Notes: generated from the letters alone by a model not told the origin. A stretch of 37,332 nt of DNA from Octopus bimaculoides (GCF_001194135.2 NC_068990.1:84059255-84096586); one strand, 5' to 3'; shown: positions 23,090 through 34,380, counted from the stretch's first letter. Made by a program: numbers and translations.

Positions 23090-24790
23090 AAAATTACCCA
23101 AATACGACAAATTTAACACGAAATAACTTCTAAAATATGAAATTTTGTCAAAAATCTTCTGAGTAAACCATGTTCTGCGTGAGAAATTACAGCAGCATAC
23201 CAAGTTTCAAACTGTTAAAAAAAATGTTTAATCTGTGAGCCAAACTGAACAGATTCACTAATCTAATTAACCAATTAAATAATTAGTTGTTTGCTAAACC
23301 AAGCCGTTGAGTCGTCAGAGTCCTATCGCAGCTGCCTTCGACCTTATCGATTCCATGTCCTCATCAGTTCTAGTTCTATGACAATCTCAAACCTCGTATC
23401 GTCGACAAGACGTCATCAATAAGCCGCAAACAGACATCAAAGGACTCTAACGAACCAACTATTCGATCAAACGATTACCCAAACAACTGATTCGTTAATT
23501 GTTTAACTAGTTTACTAATTGGTGGTTAATAAAAAAAAAAGAAAAATAGCGTAACATAACCAGTTCGTGTACATTTATTGGCAAAATGTCTCTCCCAACA
23601 AATAATGACGCCAATTAAAGATAATTAAAGATATATATATATATATATATATATANNNNNNNNNNNNNNNNNNNNNNNNNNNNNNNNNNNNNNNNNNNNN
23701 NNNNNNNNNNNNNNNNNNNNNNNNNNNNNNNNNNNNNNNNNNNNNNNNNNNNNNNNNNNNNNNNNNNNNNNNNNNNNNNNNNNNNNNNNNNNNNNNNNNN
23801 NNNNNNNNNNNNNNNNNNNNNNNNNNNNNNNNNNNNNNNNNNNNNNNNNNNNNNNNNNNNNNNNNNNNNNNNNNNNNNNNNNNNNNNNNNNNNNNNNNNN
23901 NNNNNNNNNNNNNNNNNNNNNNNNNNNNNNNNNNNNNNNNNNNNNNNNNNNNNNNNNNNNNNNNNNNNNNNNNNNNNNNNNNNNNNNNNNNNNNNNNNNN
24001 NNNNNNNNNNNNNNNNNNNNNNNNNNNNNNNNNNNNNNNNNNNNNNNNNNNNNNNNNNNNNNNNNNNNNNNNNNNNNNNNNNNNNNNNNNNNNNNNNNNN
24101 NNNNNNNNNNNNNNNNNNNNNNNNNNNNNNNNNNNNNNNNNNNNNNNNNNNNNNNNNNNNNNNNNNNNNNNNNNNNNNNNNNNNNNNNNNNNNNNNNNNN
24201 NNNNNNNNNNNNNNNNNNNNNNNNNNNNNNNNNNNNNNNNNNNNNNNNNNNNNNNNNNNNNNNNNNNNNNNNNNNNNNNNNNNNNNNNNNNNNNNNNNNN
24301 NNNNNNNNNNNNNNNNNNNNNNNNNNNNNNNNNNNNNNNNNNNNNNNNNNNNNNNNNNNNNNNNNNNNNNNNNNNNNNNNNNNNNNNNNNNNNNNNNNNN
24401 NNNNNNATACAGCACACGCGCGCAGGTGCGTGTGCGTGTGTGTGTGCGTGCGTAGTTATGTCTATGTATGTATGCATGTATGTATTTATGTATGAGTGCC
24501 AGTAAGCGTTTGCGCTTGTCTGTTAATTTGCCTATCGACATGTTAGACCGCACCTTTTCTCCACCTACACTGTAGCTTACAAAGATAAGTATGTATATGA
24601 ATATTCATATCTGTATTCAATGTGTGTATGAATGTATGTTTGAGTGTTCATTCATTAATCTTTAAGATTTACTGAAGTTCTTTTTCATAGAATTCAAACC
24701 GGACATTCAGTAAGTCACTGGCATTTTTGTCGACGTCAAATTTCCAAGAATTTTTGAAAATATGATTGAGTTAGTGAGTGTATATATGTA

Positions 24791-24885
24791 TTGTGATTCC
24801 CCAAAAATAAAACCTACTCTGAAAATAAGCCCCACCATGATTTTCTAGGATGTTTTTAATATAAGCCCTACCCCGAAAATAAGAG
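24791..24885. mobile_element. Tc2-like non-autonomous transposon end
   Basis: TTGTGATTCCCCAAAAATAAAACCTACTCTGAAAATAAGCCC..TATAAGCCCTACCCCGAAAATAAG resembles CCGTGTTTCCCCGAAAATAAGACCT termini with repeated (GAAA)ATAAG subterminal motifs. Confidence 0.5.
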
Positions 24886-24894
24886 TGACTAGAT

Positions 24895-25106
24895 ATACAT
24901 TCACACATGCATACATACATACATAGATACATGCATGCATGCACGCATACATACATGCATACATACGTACATACATTCACACATGCATGTATACATACAT
25001 ATATATATACACATACATGCATGCATGCATACATACGCACATACATACATAAATGTATACATGCATACATACGTACATACATACACACATACATACATAC
25101 ATACAT
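24895..25106. repeat. Degenerate (CATA/CATG)n microsatellite
   Basis: Direct reading. Confidence 0.9.
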
Positions 25107-25442
25107 TGTCTAAATGACAATCAGAGTATCATGTTAGGCTGGAAACCAACTCTTTGTTTTCTGAGAAAAATACTTGAGAAATGAAACTATGTCCAAAGGA
25201 TTGGTTATGGATTAGCGGATTAATCAATCGCTCAGTAAATCTACGAAGGAATCATTTAGCTGATTGATTCCTAATATTACTCACTATGTTGGAATACGTA
25301 TACATATATAATACACAAACACACTCATAACGCACGCACACGCGCACNNNNNNNNNNNNNNNNNNNNNNNNNNNNNNNNNNNNNNNNNNNNNNNNNNNNN
25401 NNNNNNNNNNNNNNNNNNNNNNNNNNNNNNNNNNNNNNNNNN

Positions 25443-25601
25443 ACCACACACGATTCCTGTGTTTGTTGTTTATCAATAAATAGATCGCTTTCTAACTCTG
25501 TGGAGTCGGATTCAGTCCCACTGCGCGGCGGGCTGACCATTGCCTTGTGAGTGAATTTGGTAGAGGGAAACTGTGGACGCTCAACTTATGCGTGCGCGCG
25601 T

Positions 25602-25649
<48 letters not shown>

Positions 25650-25728
25650 CCTTCATTCGCAACTACATAGTTCCGAGTTCAGTCCCATTGCGTGGCACTT
25701 TGGGTAAGTGTCTTCTACTATATAGCCT
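25443..25728 (+). repeat. Near-identical duplicate of 19621-19900
   Basis: Both the unique sequence and the SINE pieces match, apart from one substitution and microsatellite differences. Both copies start at or near an N gap. Confidence 0.9.
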
Positions 25729-25925
25729 ATGAATAAACCACGTGTGTATAGATTTACAAAGATGGATTTACAAAGATATGTATGTGTAGACATAGATAAA
25801 CCAAAACTAACATATTCACCCTAGCAAGAGCAAACATACAATTACACACCTACATTCTTTCTCTTTTTCATACATACATACATACATACATACATACATA
25901 CATACATACATACATACATACATAC

Positions 25926-26365
25926 AAAGAAAGAAAAAGAGGAAATCTATGGACAATTGGTTGGAAACCTCCAGCTTCTATATCCAGACTATGAATTCAT
26001 ATTTATAACAATGATAATTGGAGCACTAGGTTTTGTTAGTAAATGCTTAAAGGAGAATCTGGATAAACTGGGATTTTCAGAAAGAGAAATCGACCGGCTG
26101 ATTCGTACATTACAAATCCAATCCGTGAGTGGAACAGTAAAAATATGCAAGACTTTTCTCAAGTTCCAAATGTGAATTCGTGCGTGTTAACTATAATTTA
26201 TAATAATTAAAAAATAAAAGAGACATACATACATACATACATAGCTAAATGAAACTCCGTCAGTTACGAATACACCCTGTTGGAATTTTTTGAAATTCGA
26301 ATGAAAGAGCTTTGGATTTAGGTTAGAGACCAGTTCTTTCTTTATTGAAATAAAATTAATAATGA
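25926..26365 (+). mobile_element. 5'-truncated RLE-type non-LTR retrotransposon 3' end (R4/CRE-like), flanked by (CATA)n
   Basis: Open frame from 25927: [66 protein letters not shown]. The IIGALG motif is typical of the RLE C-terminus. A 3' UTR and (CATA)n follow. Confidence 0.75.
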
Positions 26366-26815
26366 CATACATACGTACATACGGCATACATACATACATA
26401 CATACATACATACATACATACATACATACAGGCTAACCTGCACACGTACAGGCAAACTTACGGACAGACAAACAGAAACATACATACAGAAAGACAAACA
26501 TACATACATACATACATACATACATACATACATACATACATACATACACACATACATACATACACACATACATACATACATACATACAGGTAAACCTGCA
26601 TACGTACATGCAAATATACATAGAGGCAGACAAACATGCAAACATACAAACATACACCTACATACATACAAACAGACAAACCTGCATAGGTGCATGCAAA
26701 CATGCATATAGACAGACAATCATACAAACAAACCTACATACATACATACATACATACATATATACACACATACATACATACATACATACGTACGTACGTA
26801 CATCCATACATACGA
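26366..26815. repeat. (CATA)n and degenerate CATA/CAGA/CAAA microsatellite field
   Basis: Direct reading. Confidence 0.92.
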
Positions 26816-26821
26816 AGTGGC

Positions 26822-27130
26822 AGACAGATTACCGCAGATATAATGACGTGAGAGAAAATGACTATGCACAATAGTTGAATCGAGTTACCCTATAGATGTT
26901 AACATAATGTTAAAGGTTAGTAAAAAGGAAAACATCTCTGCTGAACTAATGAGAAATTTGAAACTACTCGGCCTGGACTTTAACTTTGGATTTATATACA
27001 ATAATGAGTGAGGTATTTGAATGCGTATCTAATTGCTTCACTATCAATCATGTGATGTTGAGTTAGGGTTAGGGTTAGACAGAAAGAACAAGAGTAATTA
27101 GAAGAATACAAGACTTCAAAATATGTCAAA
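26822..27130 (+). mobile_element. Older copy of the same RLE-type LINE 3' region
   Basis: LCTIVESSYPIDVNIMLKVSKKENISAELMRNLKLL aligns with [17 protein letters not shown] of the 25926 copy and with the RLE motif IEVSCP.D.N...K..EK. Confidence 0.6.
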
Positions 27131-27289
27131 TAAAATTCCGAAGCTTAGCACACAATAAGCTCATATACGCATGTATAAGCATGCAATTATACATTTTTGT
27201 ACTATGACGTAAGTCAAAGCATACAGATCCACACATTCAATGGCGCCGCTGCCTGCGCCCGTCTGTACGTGAGTACATACATAATTGCG

Positions 27290-27651
27290 TATAGACATGC
27301 ATGCACACACACATACGTACATACATACATACATACATACATACATACATACATGTTTGCATGCATACATACACACATACACATGCGTACATCCATATAC
27401 ATGCATGCATACATACACATATATACATACTTGCATGCATACATGCATACACACAGATACACACGTGTATGCATATATGCATACTCACACATACTCATGT
27501 GTACATACATACACATATACATACACACATACATACATACATACATACATATATACATACATACATATGCATGCACCTAGACATGAAAATATATGCATAA
27601 AAACGCATCCATAAAACAAACATACAAATCTGCGCATACACTAACACCAAA

Positions 27652-27689
<38 letters not shown>

Positions 27690-27690
27690 G
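27290..27690. repeat. (CATA)n-derived and (CA)n microsatellite field
   Basis: Direct reading. Confidence 0.9.
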
Positions 27691-28008
27691 CACAAATACC
27701 TAGAGGACGTTGATAAAAGTTCCAATGAAGCAGCCTTGAATCTATGTTAGAGTCCGGCTCTTTCTCTAAGCTTCAGATGAAGGTTAGACGAAGAGGAGAG
27801 GGCACTTGTCCTAGGGGTCAGAGTGATCGCGGAGTTTGTGAAGTTCCCACGAGCAGCCTTTGGAAGTCTCCCTCTTTTGGGGATTTAATTGTTATAACTT
27901 TTATTGTTTTTCTTTGTTTGCACATTCCAACTCCACTCGTTTCGTATTGTCCTGTACCGTCCCCAGTCTTTTAAATGAAAGATTATTGTCGTCGTCGTCA
28001 AGTCGACC

Positions 28009-28152
28009 TCATTCAGATGCCATCTCGGTCGACTTTGCCTTTCATCCTTTCGGCGTCGATAAAATAAATACCAATTGAGCACTCGGGTCGTTATAATCGA
28101 TTAATACACTCCCTCCAAACCTTCAGACCTTGTTTCCTACAGTAGAAAGAAC
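28009..28152 (+). mobile_element. SINE family A (tail type 2), 5'-truncated
   Basis: GGTCGACTTTGCCTTTCATCCTTTCGGCGTCGATAAAATAA core, with a tail ending GTAGAAAGAAC then (TAT)n. Confidence 0.8.
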
Positions 28153-28180
28153 TATTATTATTATTATTATTATTATTATT

Positions 28181-28413
28181 TTATGTTTGACTTTTGTTTT
28201 GCATTTGTACAAGTTGGATCCAAGTCTCACCCAGAGACCTCAAGAGACAACAAGTTAGAAGTTCATGTAGGTGTTATGCCTAGGGTACCATATATTTGGA
28301 TTTGTACAGTTTTTGTTCAAGTGAATGTTTAAGAAACCATAAGAAAATTATGTGTTTGCTTTAAAATTTGAGATCACATAGACAGTATTTTACGTAGGAT
28401 ATGGGCAGTTCCC

Positions 28414-28414
<1 letters not shown>
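28181..28414 (-). mobile_element. R4/Dong-like LINE 3' end, heavily 5'-truncated, inside (TAA)n
   Basis: Minus strand 28412-28374 encodes GTAHILRKILSM* (the R4/Dong terminal motif GTAHILRKVL). A 3' UTR of about 190 bp ends CAAACATAAAATAATAATAAT. (ATT)n lies on both sides. Confidence 0.75.
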
Positions 28415-28487
<73 letters not shown>

Positions 28488-28979
28488 CATCTCATACTTT
28501 CACCATAATCATCATCATTATATTCGACTCCTGCAGTGTGAACACGTCGCATTTCTTTTCTTTTCGCACGGTACGATTTGTTCAAGCATTATCAAATGAA
28601 TTTTTTTTTAGGTGTGCTTTTGCATAAGGAATTTAATTACTTAAGGCTTGCCTTCCACATTCGCAAACAAAGAGGATTTGTTTCATAAGCTCCTACAAAT
28701 TTATTTATTTATTTATTTATTTATATACATGATGCTTTCACAAAAATGGCTACCAATAATGCATATGTCCAACGATTGATATATGGACTACTGTTGCAAA
28801 CGAAAATATAACACAAAAACAAAACACAACTGAATGTACAAAAAGTAGAAAATTAACAGTTTAGAGAACGATTAATAAATAAATAAAAATATGCAAATCA
28901 GTCAAACAGATAATGTAGAAAATATCCATAGTAACAACAAAAGCAATGATGCGACTCTAGTTTGGATTGATCTGTCGCG

Positions 28980-29967
28980 CGGGACACTGCCACGGTCAGT
29001 TCTTACTCAAACCAAGATACCGAAGACCGATTCCACATACCGCTGACATATAGAGTCCTGACTAGAAGCTTCCAGCACATTCAGATAGGCTCTCCATTGC
29101 AACCTGACATGTTAGAAATCTAAGAACCAAGATACTTATGCAATGAGACTTGACAGTGGCTTTGGGGGTTGGCAGTTTCTATCTTCACGATCTTCCCTGT
29201 GAAAGAGATAGATCCAGTAGAAAGACTTAAGATGATTGGTTACCTCCTCAAATTTGCAGGAGGCTGCCAGAAATTTAGTCTGTTGGAGACTGCCATATTT
29301 TTTTTTTTTTTTTAATCTAAGTACACTCTTCTAGCCTTTGTCTTCTTGGAATGAACAATGATTAAACACAAGGCATAGCCATCTGGCCATGCCTGCTTGC
29401 TGTCATCTTGAGCTCCAAGTCAACTAGGATCCACAGAGCCAAGTTGTCCTACGTGACCGCGGAAATGCCTGGCAGAAGTTTGGGCGAGAAATAGGCAGTG
29501 TGCTAGTAGATAACACTCACACACCAGACTGCTTCTCGGTTTACCATATGAATGCTGTCACCACCACATCACTACTAAGAGTAATAGCACAACTGATAAC
29601 AGCAGTAAAACCGATAGCAGCAACAATAAAAGAATTAATGCTGTTCTCACCAGACGCGAGCAGTAGAGTGCAGCTAAAACTTCTGTCAGTAACAGCGCTA
29701 ACGCACCAAAAGCAATGCCTTTTCCACCATTGTCATAACCAAAAAGAAACACTTCTCCGTTGATACGACTAATTTTGAAGTGGTGCGCATAGTTGAAAGT
29801 AAAAAAGTCTTCAAGCAATGGTACATGGCTTGTATTTCCTAGGGACATATTAGCCCTGACAGAAGCAGAAATGAATAAAAAACGAAAGTTTATTGTATAC
29901 AGTTACGCCAGCTGGAAAAAAAAAAGAATTAATAATGCCCACATCAATACAAGTCGAATAGGTAGCA
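28980..29967 (+). mobile_element. Possible decayed L1/Tx1-type ORF1 region
   Basis: Long stop-interrupted frames, a possible degenerate CCHC knuckle near 29390-29440 (TGCTTGCTGTCATCTTGAG..GTCAAC..GATCCACAG) and an S/T/N-rich low-complexity linker. Motif recall only. Confidence 0.3.
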
Positions 29968-30696
29968 NNNNNNNNNNNNNNNNNNNNNNNNNNNNNNNNN
30001 NNNNNNNNNNNNNNNNNNNNNNNNNNNNNNNNNNNNNNNNNNNNNNNNNNNNNNNNNNNNNNNNNNNNNNNNNNNNNNNNNNNNNNNNNNNNNNNNNNNN
30101 NNNNNNNNNNNNNNNNNNNNNNNNNNNNNNNNNNNNNNNNNNNNNNNNNNNNNNNNNNNNNNNNNNNNNNNNNNNNNNNNNNNNNNNNNNNNNNNNNNNN
30201 NNNNNNNNNNNNNNNNNNNNNNNNNNNNNNNNNNNNNNNNNNNNNNNNNNNNNNNNNNNNNNNNNNNNNNNNNNNNNNNNNNNNNNNNNNNNNNNNNNNN
30301 NNNNNNNNNNNNNNNNNNNNNNNNNNNNNNNNNNNNNNNNNNNNNNNNNNNNNNNNNNNNNNNNNNNNNNNNNNNNNNNNNNNNNNNNNNNNNNNNNNNN
30401 NNNNNNNNNNNNNNNNNNNNNNNNNNNNNNNNNNNNNNNNNNNNNNNNNNNNNNNNNNNNNNNNNNNNNNNNNNNNNNNNNNNNNNNNNNNNNNNNNNNN
30501 NNNNNNNNNNNNNNNNNNNNNNNNNNNNNNNNNNNNNNNNNNNNNNNNNNNNNNNNNNNNNNNNNNNNNNNNNNNNNNNNNNNNNNNNNNNNNNNNNNNN
30601 NNNNNNNNNNNNNNNNNNNNNNNNNNNNNNNNNNNNNNNNNNNNNNNNNNNNNNNNNNNNNNNNNNNNNNNNNNNNNNNATACATATAAAATAAAT

Positions 30697-30814
30697 GAGT
30701 GGCTGTATGGTAAGTAGCTTGCTTACCAACTACATGGTTCCACGTTCAATCCCACAGCGTGCGACCAAAGCCGTGTGAGTAGATTTGGTAGACGGAAACT
30801 GAAAGAAGCCCGTC

Positions 30815-30849
<35 letters not shown>

Positions 30850-31070
30850 CGTGCGTGTCTGTCTGTCTGTCTGTACCCCCCACCAACCATCGCCTGATAA
30901 CCGATGTTGGTGTGTTCACGTCCCCGTAACTTAGCAGTTCGGCAAAAGAGACCGATGGAATAAGTACTAGGCTTAAAAAGAATAAGTCCTGGGGTCGATA
31001 TGTTCGACTAAAGGCGAGGCTCAAGCATGGCCGCGGCCAAATGACTGGAACAAATAAAAGAATAAAAGAA
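30697..31070 (+). mobile_element. Bipartite SINE family B/C, near full length (internal deletion in module B)
   Basis: Head GAGTGGCTGTATGGTAAGTAGCTTGCTTACCAAC..GTTCAATCCC, internal (TG)n(CG)(TCTG)n, module C and an (ATAAAAGA)2 tail. Confidence 0.88.
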
Positions 31071-31686
31071 TATATATGCAAAGTCTTAAGAATTTATAAA
31101 CTTCGAGAGAACCTGACGAGCAGCTTTCGACTTTTTCTATCCAAGGTGGGTTTTAGCTCAGTATTTTACGAGCTATCATTTATAGCTTTATTTGCTTCTA
31201 GAGTGGCCGTTCCAAATAATTATTCATTTTTTAAAGTTTTTATTGTATTTCATGAGAAAAAATAAATTTCAAACATCTTTATGTTGATCGAACGTTTTGT
31301 TTTATTTGCTTTTCGTGATTTTCTTCCTTTCTTTAGTGCAGGGGAGACAATTTGGATAAACTATTTTGCATCACCATATACCGATAATTTTTCTGATAAT
31401 TTTAACTGTTTTTAGAAGCTGCAGTTTGCTAAATATCTTTTTCAATAAATCAATGGGTGAACATCAATACGTTTACTTTCTCTCTATGGAGTCAAAAATA
31501 ATATAATGTTTGTTTATATCATTCGATATCATAAGCACAATTACATGATATTTTTCTTCAACAGTTGAATACGTATCTTAAAATATTATCATTAATGGCA
31601 TATATTCATTAAAATATCATTAAAATTTATTTACATCTTATAATATTATCATTTATTATTATCAAGTTACATCTTTTGCAATATCA

Positions 31687-32220
31687 TTGCCAATCTTGCA
31701 TAATCACAAGGGAATACCCTCCATCAGACATTTGCCATATTCTGAACGCCTTACTTCCCTGGGCATGGATACATTGAAACTCCGACGTCTGGCAACTGAC
31801 TTGGTAGACACCCATAAAATTATTAACCACCTTACTCACAATAACTCTGAGCACCTTTTCAAACTCCACCTGTCTAACACCTGTAGACATGTTTACAAAG
31901 TCAGAAAACAGCACAGCTCCCATGACTTTCGGAAACACTTTTTCCCGCTAAGAGTTGCTGAAGTATGGAACAAACTGCCAGCATCAGTTGTTAGTTGTCG
32001 GAGCACTGCATCCTTCGAAATTTCCATGCTTCCTGAGATTCGCCAACACTACACCTGATTTTCTCCCCTCCATACACACACAAGCATGTATCTGTCTCAT
32101 ACACTGTTCACTTTCCAGACATTTGTACAATACTGCATATGCTTTATACACACTTTTGACAAGTTGTAGTGCACCTGAGCACTGTATACAATAATTTCAT
32201 TATTATTATATTATATTATA
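31687..32220 (+). mobile_element. CR1-clade LINE 3' end (ORF2 C-terminus, 3' UTR, (ATT)n tail)
   Basis: IRHLPYSERLTSLGMDTLKLRRL..DL..THKII..FRKHFFPLRVAEVWNKLPASVV is the classic CR1 C-terminal pattern (Y.ERL..L.L.TL..RR..F..RV...WN.LP). Confidence 0.88.
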
Positions 32221-32887
32221 CAATGTAGAGAGGTTTGACAACTATTTCTAGCAGATCGAACAGCTGCGGTTCAATATTCTAAAAACTGTAGCCAAAACAC
32301 CTTACTCTGTAAAAAGAAAATGACAGGGTGATCTTGGATGGAACGCTATTGGTCATACATAGACTTGCATGAACAGAATTGTTTTAGGGATAAATAGCAA
32401 TAACAATAAAATAAATATTTTGACGCTACTCTTAAATTGGCGGAGTCTTTGTAATGTAAATCTTTCGTCCACAGTGTAATTTCGATAAAGCTCAATTATA
32501 ATTTTTCATATTCTTCATCGTTTCTTATCCAAATGTTATAAAGAGTTACCTCCCTTGTTATACGAGTCGATTTCGAAAATAGTTGTGATGTTTGTTTTAT
32601 TGAATGTTGAATATAAAATGATTCGAATGTGTAATGAATTATTCTGCCATAGAAAAAAGGTTAAACATTTTGGGGAAAGCCACGATCCTTTTTATATTTG
32701 TTTTGGATTTTTTAATGTAGTGTTTGATTTTACAATAAACATTTTCGGATAAAGAAACCAGACCAAGATTTTTCTCTTCGATATTGTGTATTCCAATTTG
32801 GTAGAGTTTTTGTTGTCTCTGTTAGTTTTGAGCTTTTTGTTAATGTTCAGAATGGATGGATTATGCTAGTATTCTTACATATATAAA

Positions 32888-33030
32888 GGTCAAATTCCGT
32901 CGAGGTCGACTTTGCCTTTCCTCTTTTCGGGGTTCAATGAAATAAGTACCAGATGAGCACTGGGGGTTAATGTAATCGACTAGTCCTCTTCCACCAAATT
33001 TCAGGCCTTGTGCCTTTGGTAGAAGAGAAT
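32888..33030 (+). mobile_element. SINE family A (tail type 2), 5'-truncated
   Basis: TCAAATTCCGTCGAGGTCGACTTTGCCTTTC core and AATTTCAGGCCTTGTGCC tail. Confidence 0.85.
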
Positions 33031-33093
33031 TCTTATATGAATAGTTGGGTAATCTTTCAGTTCAGAGTGTTTAAAGAACGTAAATAGAAATGA

Positions 33094-33268
33094 AGCCTGA
33101 CTGACAGCATCTACCCTCACGAAGTGATTGTGCACCAGGAGAACTTTGTGGGTCCACACGCAAAATGTGAAGAATATATAGATGCAGGCGAAAAGAAAAT
33201 TACGGCGACAATTTGGAATGTCGGACAATTTATTTGTGTCATATTTACACGAATTCATATGGAGGAAT
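33094..33268 (+). mobile_element. Merlin (IS1016/ISXO2-like) DDE transposase C-terminal fragment
   Basis: IYPHEVIVHQENFVGP in one frame, then HTQNVKNI*MQAKRKLRRQFGMSDNLFVSYLHEFIWRN in another. This matches the Merlin pattern V.H..NFVDP..HTQ.IE..W...K......SYL.EF.WR. Confidence 0.8.
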
Positions 33269-33571
33269 TCTGTTCCAAAAAAAAAAAAAAAGAGACTTTC
33301 ATTCACTTTTTGGTGGTTATAGCCCAGGTCTCTGTTGTTTAAAAGTTGACTTATTTATTCCTCCTTGTTATAAGGGGATTTCATTTTCATTTACTTTTTT
33401 TAGACGCCTTAAACTGAAAGATTACCGAATAGTTGTATATGATTGTTTGTACATAACTGCTGCGATGGTCGGATATCTTTCGCTTATATTATTTTCGTAA
33501 ACACACCAACAACGGTTGTCAAGCGGTGCTAAGGGACAAACACACACACACACTCATATATACATATATAT

Positions 33572-33925
33572 ATCATCATCATCGTTTAACGTCCGCTTTC
33601 CATTCTAGCATGGGTTGGACGATTTGACTGAGGACTGGTAAAACCAGATGGCTACACCAGGTTCCAATCTGATTTGGCAGAATTTCTACAGCTGGATGCC
33701 CTTCCTAACGCCAACCACTCCAAGAGTGTAGTGGGTGNNNNNNNNNNTGATTTGGCAGAATTTCTACAGCTGGATGCCCTTCCTAACGCCAACCACTCCA
33801 AGAGTGTAGTGGGTGCTTTTTCGTGCCACCTGCACGAAGGCCAGTCAGGAGGTACGGCAACGGCCACGCTCGAAATGGCGTATTTTACGTGCCACCTGCA
33901 CAGGAGCCAGTCCAGCGGTACAAAT
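33572..33925 (-). mobile_element. SINE family D with (ATG)n tail (RTE-like 3' end)
   Basis: Reverse complement contains TGGCGTTAGGAAGGGCATCCAGCTGTAGAAA and ends CCAACCCATGCTAGAATGGAAAGCGGACGTTAAACGATGATGATGA. Confidence 0.75.
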
Positions 33926-34165
33926 TAATTATTTTCAAAACTGTAGGGAGTTTTTAGCCTTTTGTTTCTAATTGACTACAAATTCCTTCATTGCCTCATA
34001 CTGGATAATGTAGACCCCCACCAATTACCAAAAGGTAATGGTGACCATGGATGGACTGGCTTCAATTATATAGATTTGTAAGATCAAGTCTGATTTGGAA
34101 TTAAACAACAAATTAATCTTATGCAAATGTACTTGTGTATTCATTTTTAATTATGTTCCATCAGA

Positions 34166-34380
34166 TTAAGGTGGCGAGCGGGCAGAACCATTAGCATGCT
34201 GGGCAAACTGCTTAGTAGTATTTCATCTGTCTTAACGTTCTGAGTTCAAATTCCGCCAAGGTTGACTTTGGCTTTCATCTTTCCGGGGTCTCAATAAAAT
34301 AAGTACCAGTTCGGCACTGGGGTCAATATAATCGACTCATTCCTTCTCCTGAACTTGCCGGCCCTGTGCCAAAATTTGAA
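34166..34380 (+). mobile_element. SINE family A (tail type 2)
   Basis: AAGGTGGCGAGCGGGCAGAACCATTAGC head, GAGTTCAAATTCCGCC and core. Confidence 0.85.

Noticed and set aside
23335-23372. Minus-strand CTGATGAGGAC..GTCGAAG hammerhead-like motif
   Set aside because: Stem II is imperfect, GAAA is absent, there is no NUH cleavage site or stem I, and there is no PLE context.
27062-27078. TTAGGGTTAGGGTTAG telomere-like repeat
   Set aside because: Fewer than three units, and it falls within a decayed LINE coding region. Chance is sufficient.
24895-27600. CRISPR-like or coding tandem array
   Set aside because: These are simple 2-4 bp repeats without unique spacers, in a eukaryotic context.
27760-27985. 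Possible L1/Tx1 3' end (QMKVRR.., T-rich UTR)
   Set aside because: The similarity is too weak to support without a search.
33124-33342. 72-aa ORF as a host exon
   Set aside because: It is better explained as a frameshifted Merlin transposase running into poly-A.
33670-33815. Tandem duplication of about 68 bp inside SINE D
   Set aside because: Identical copies sit either side of a 10-N placeholder gap, so these are overlapping contig ends (assembly artefact).
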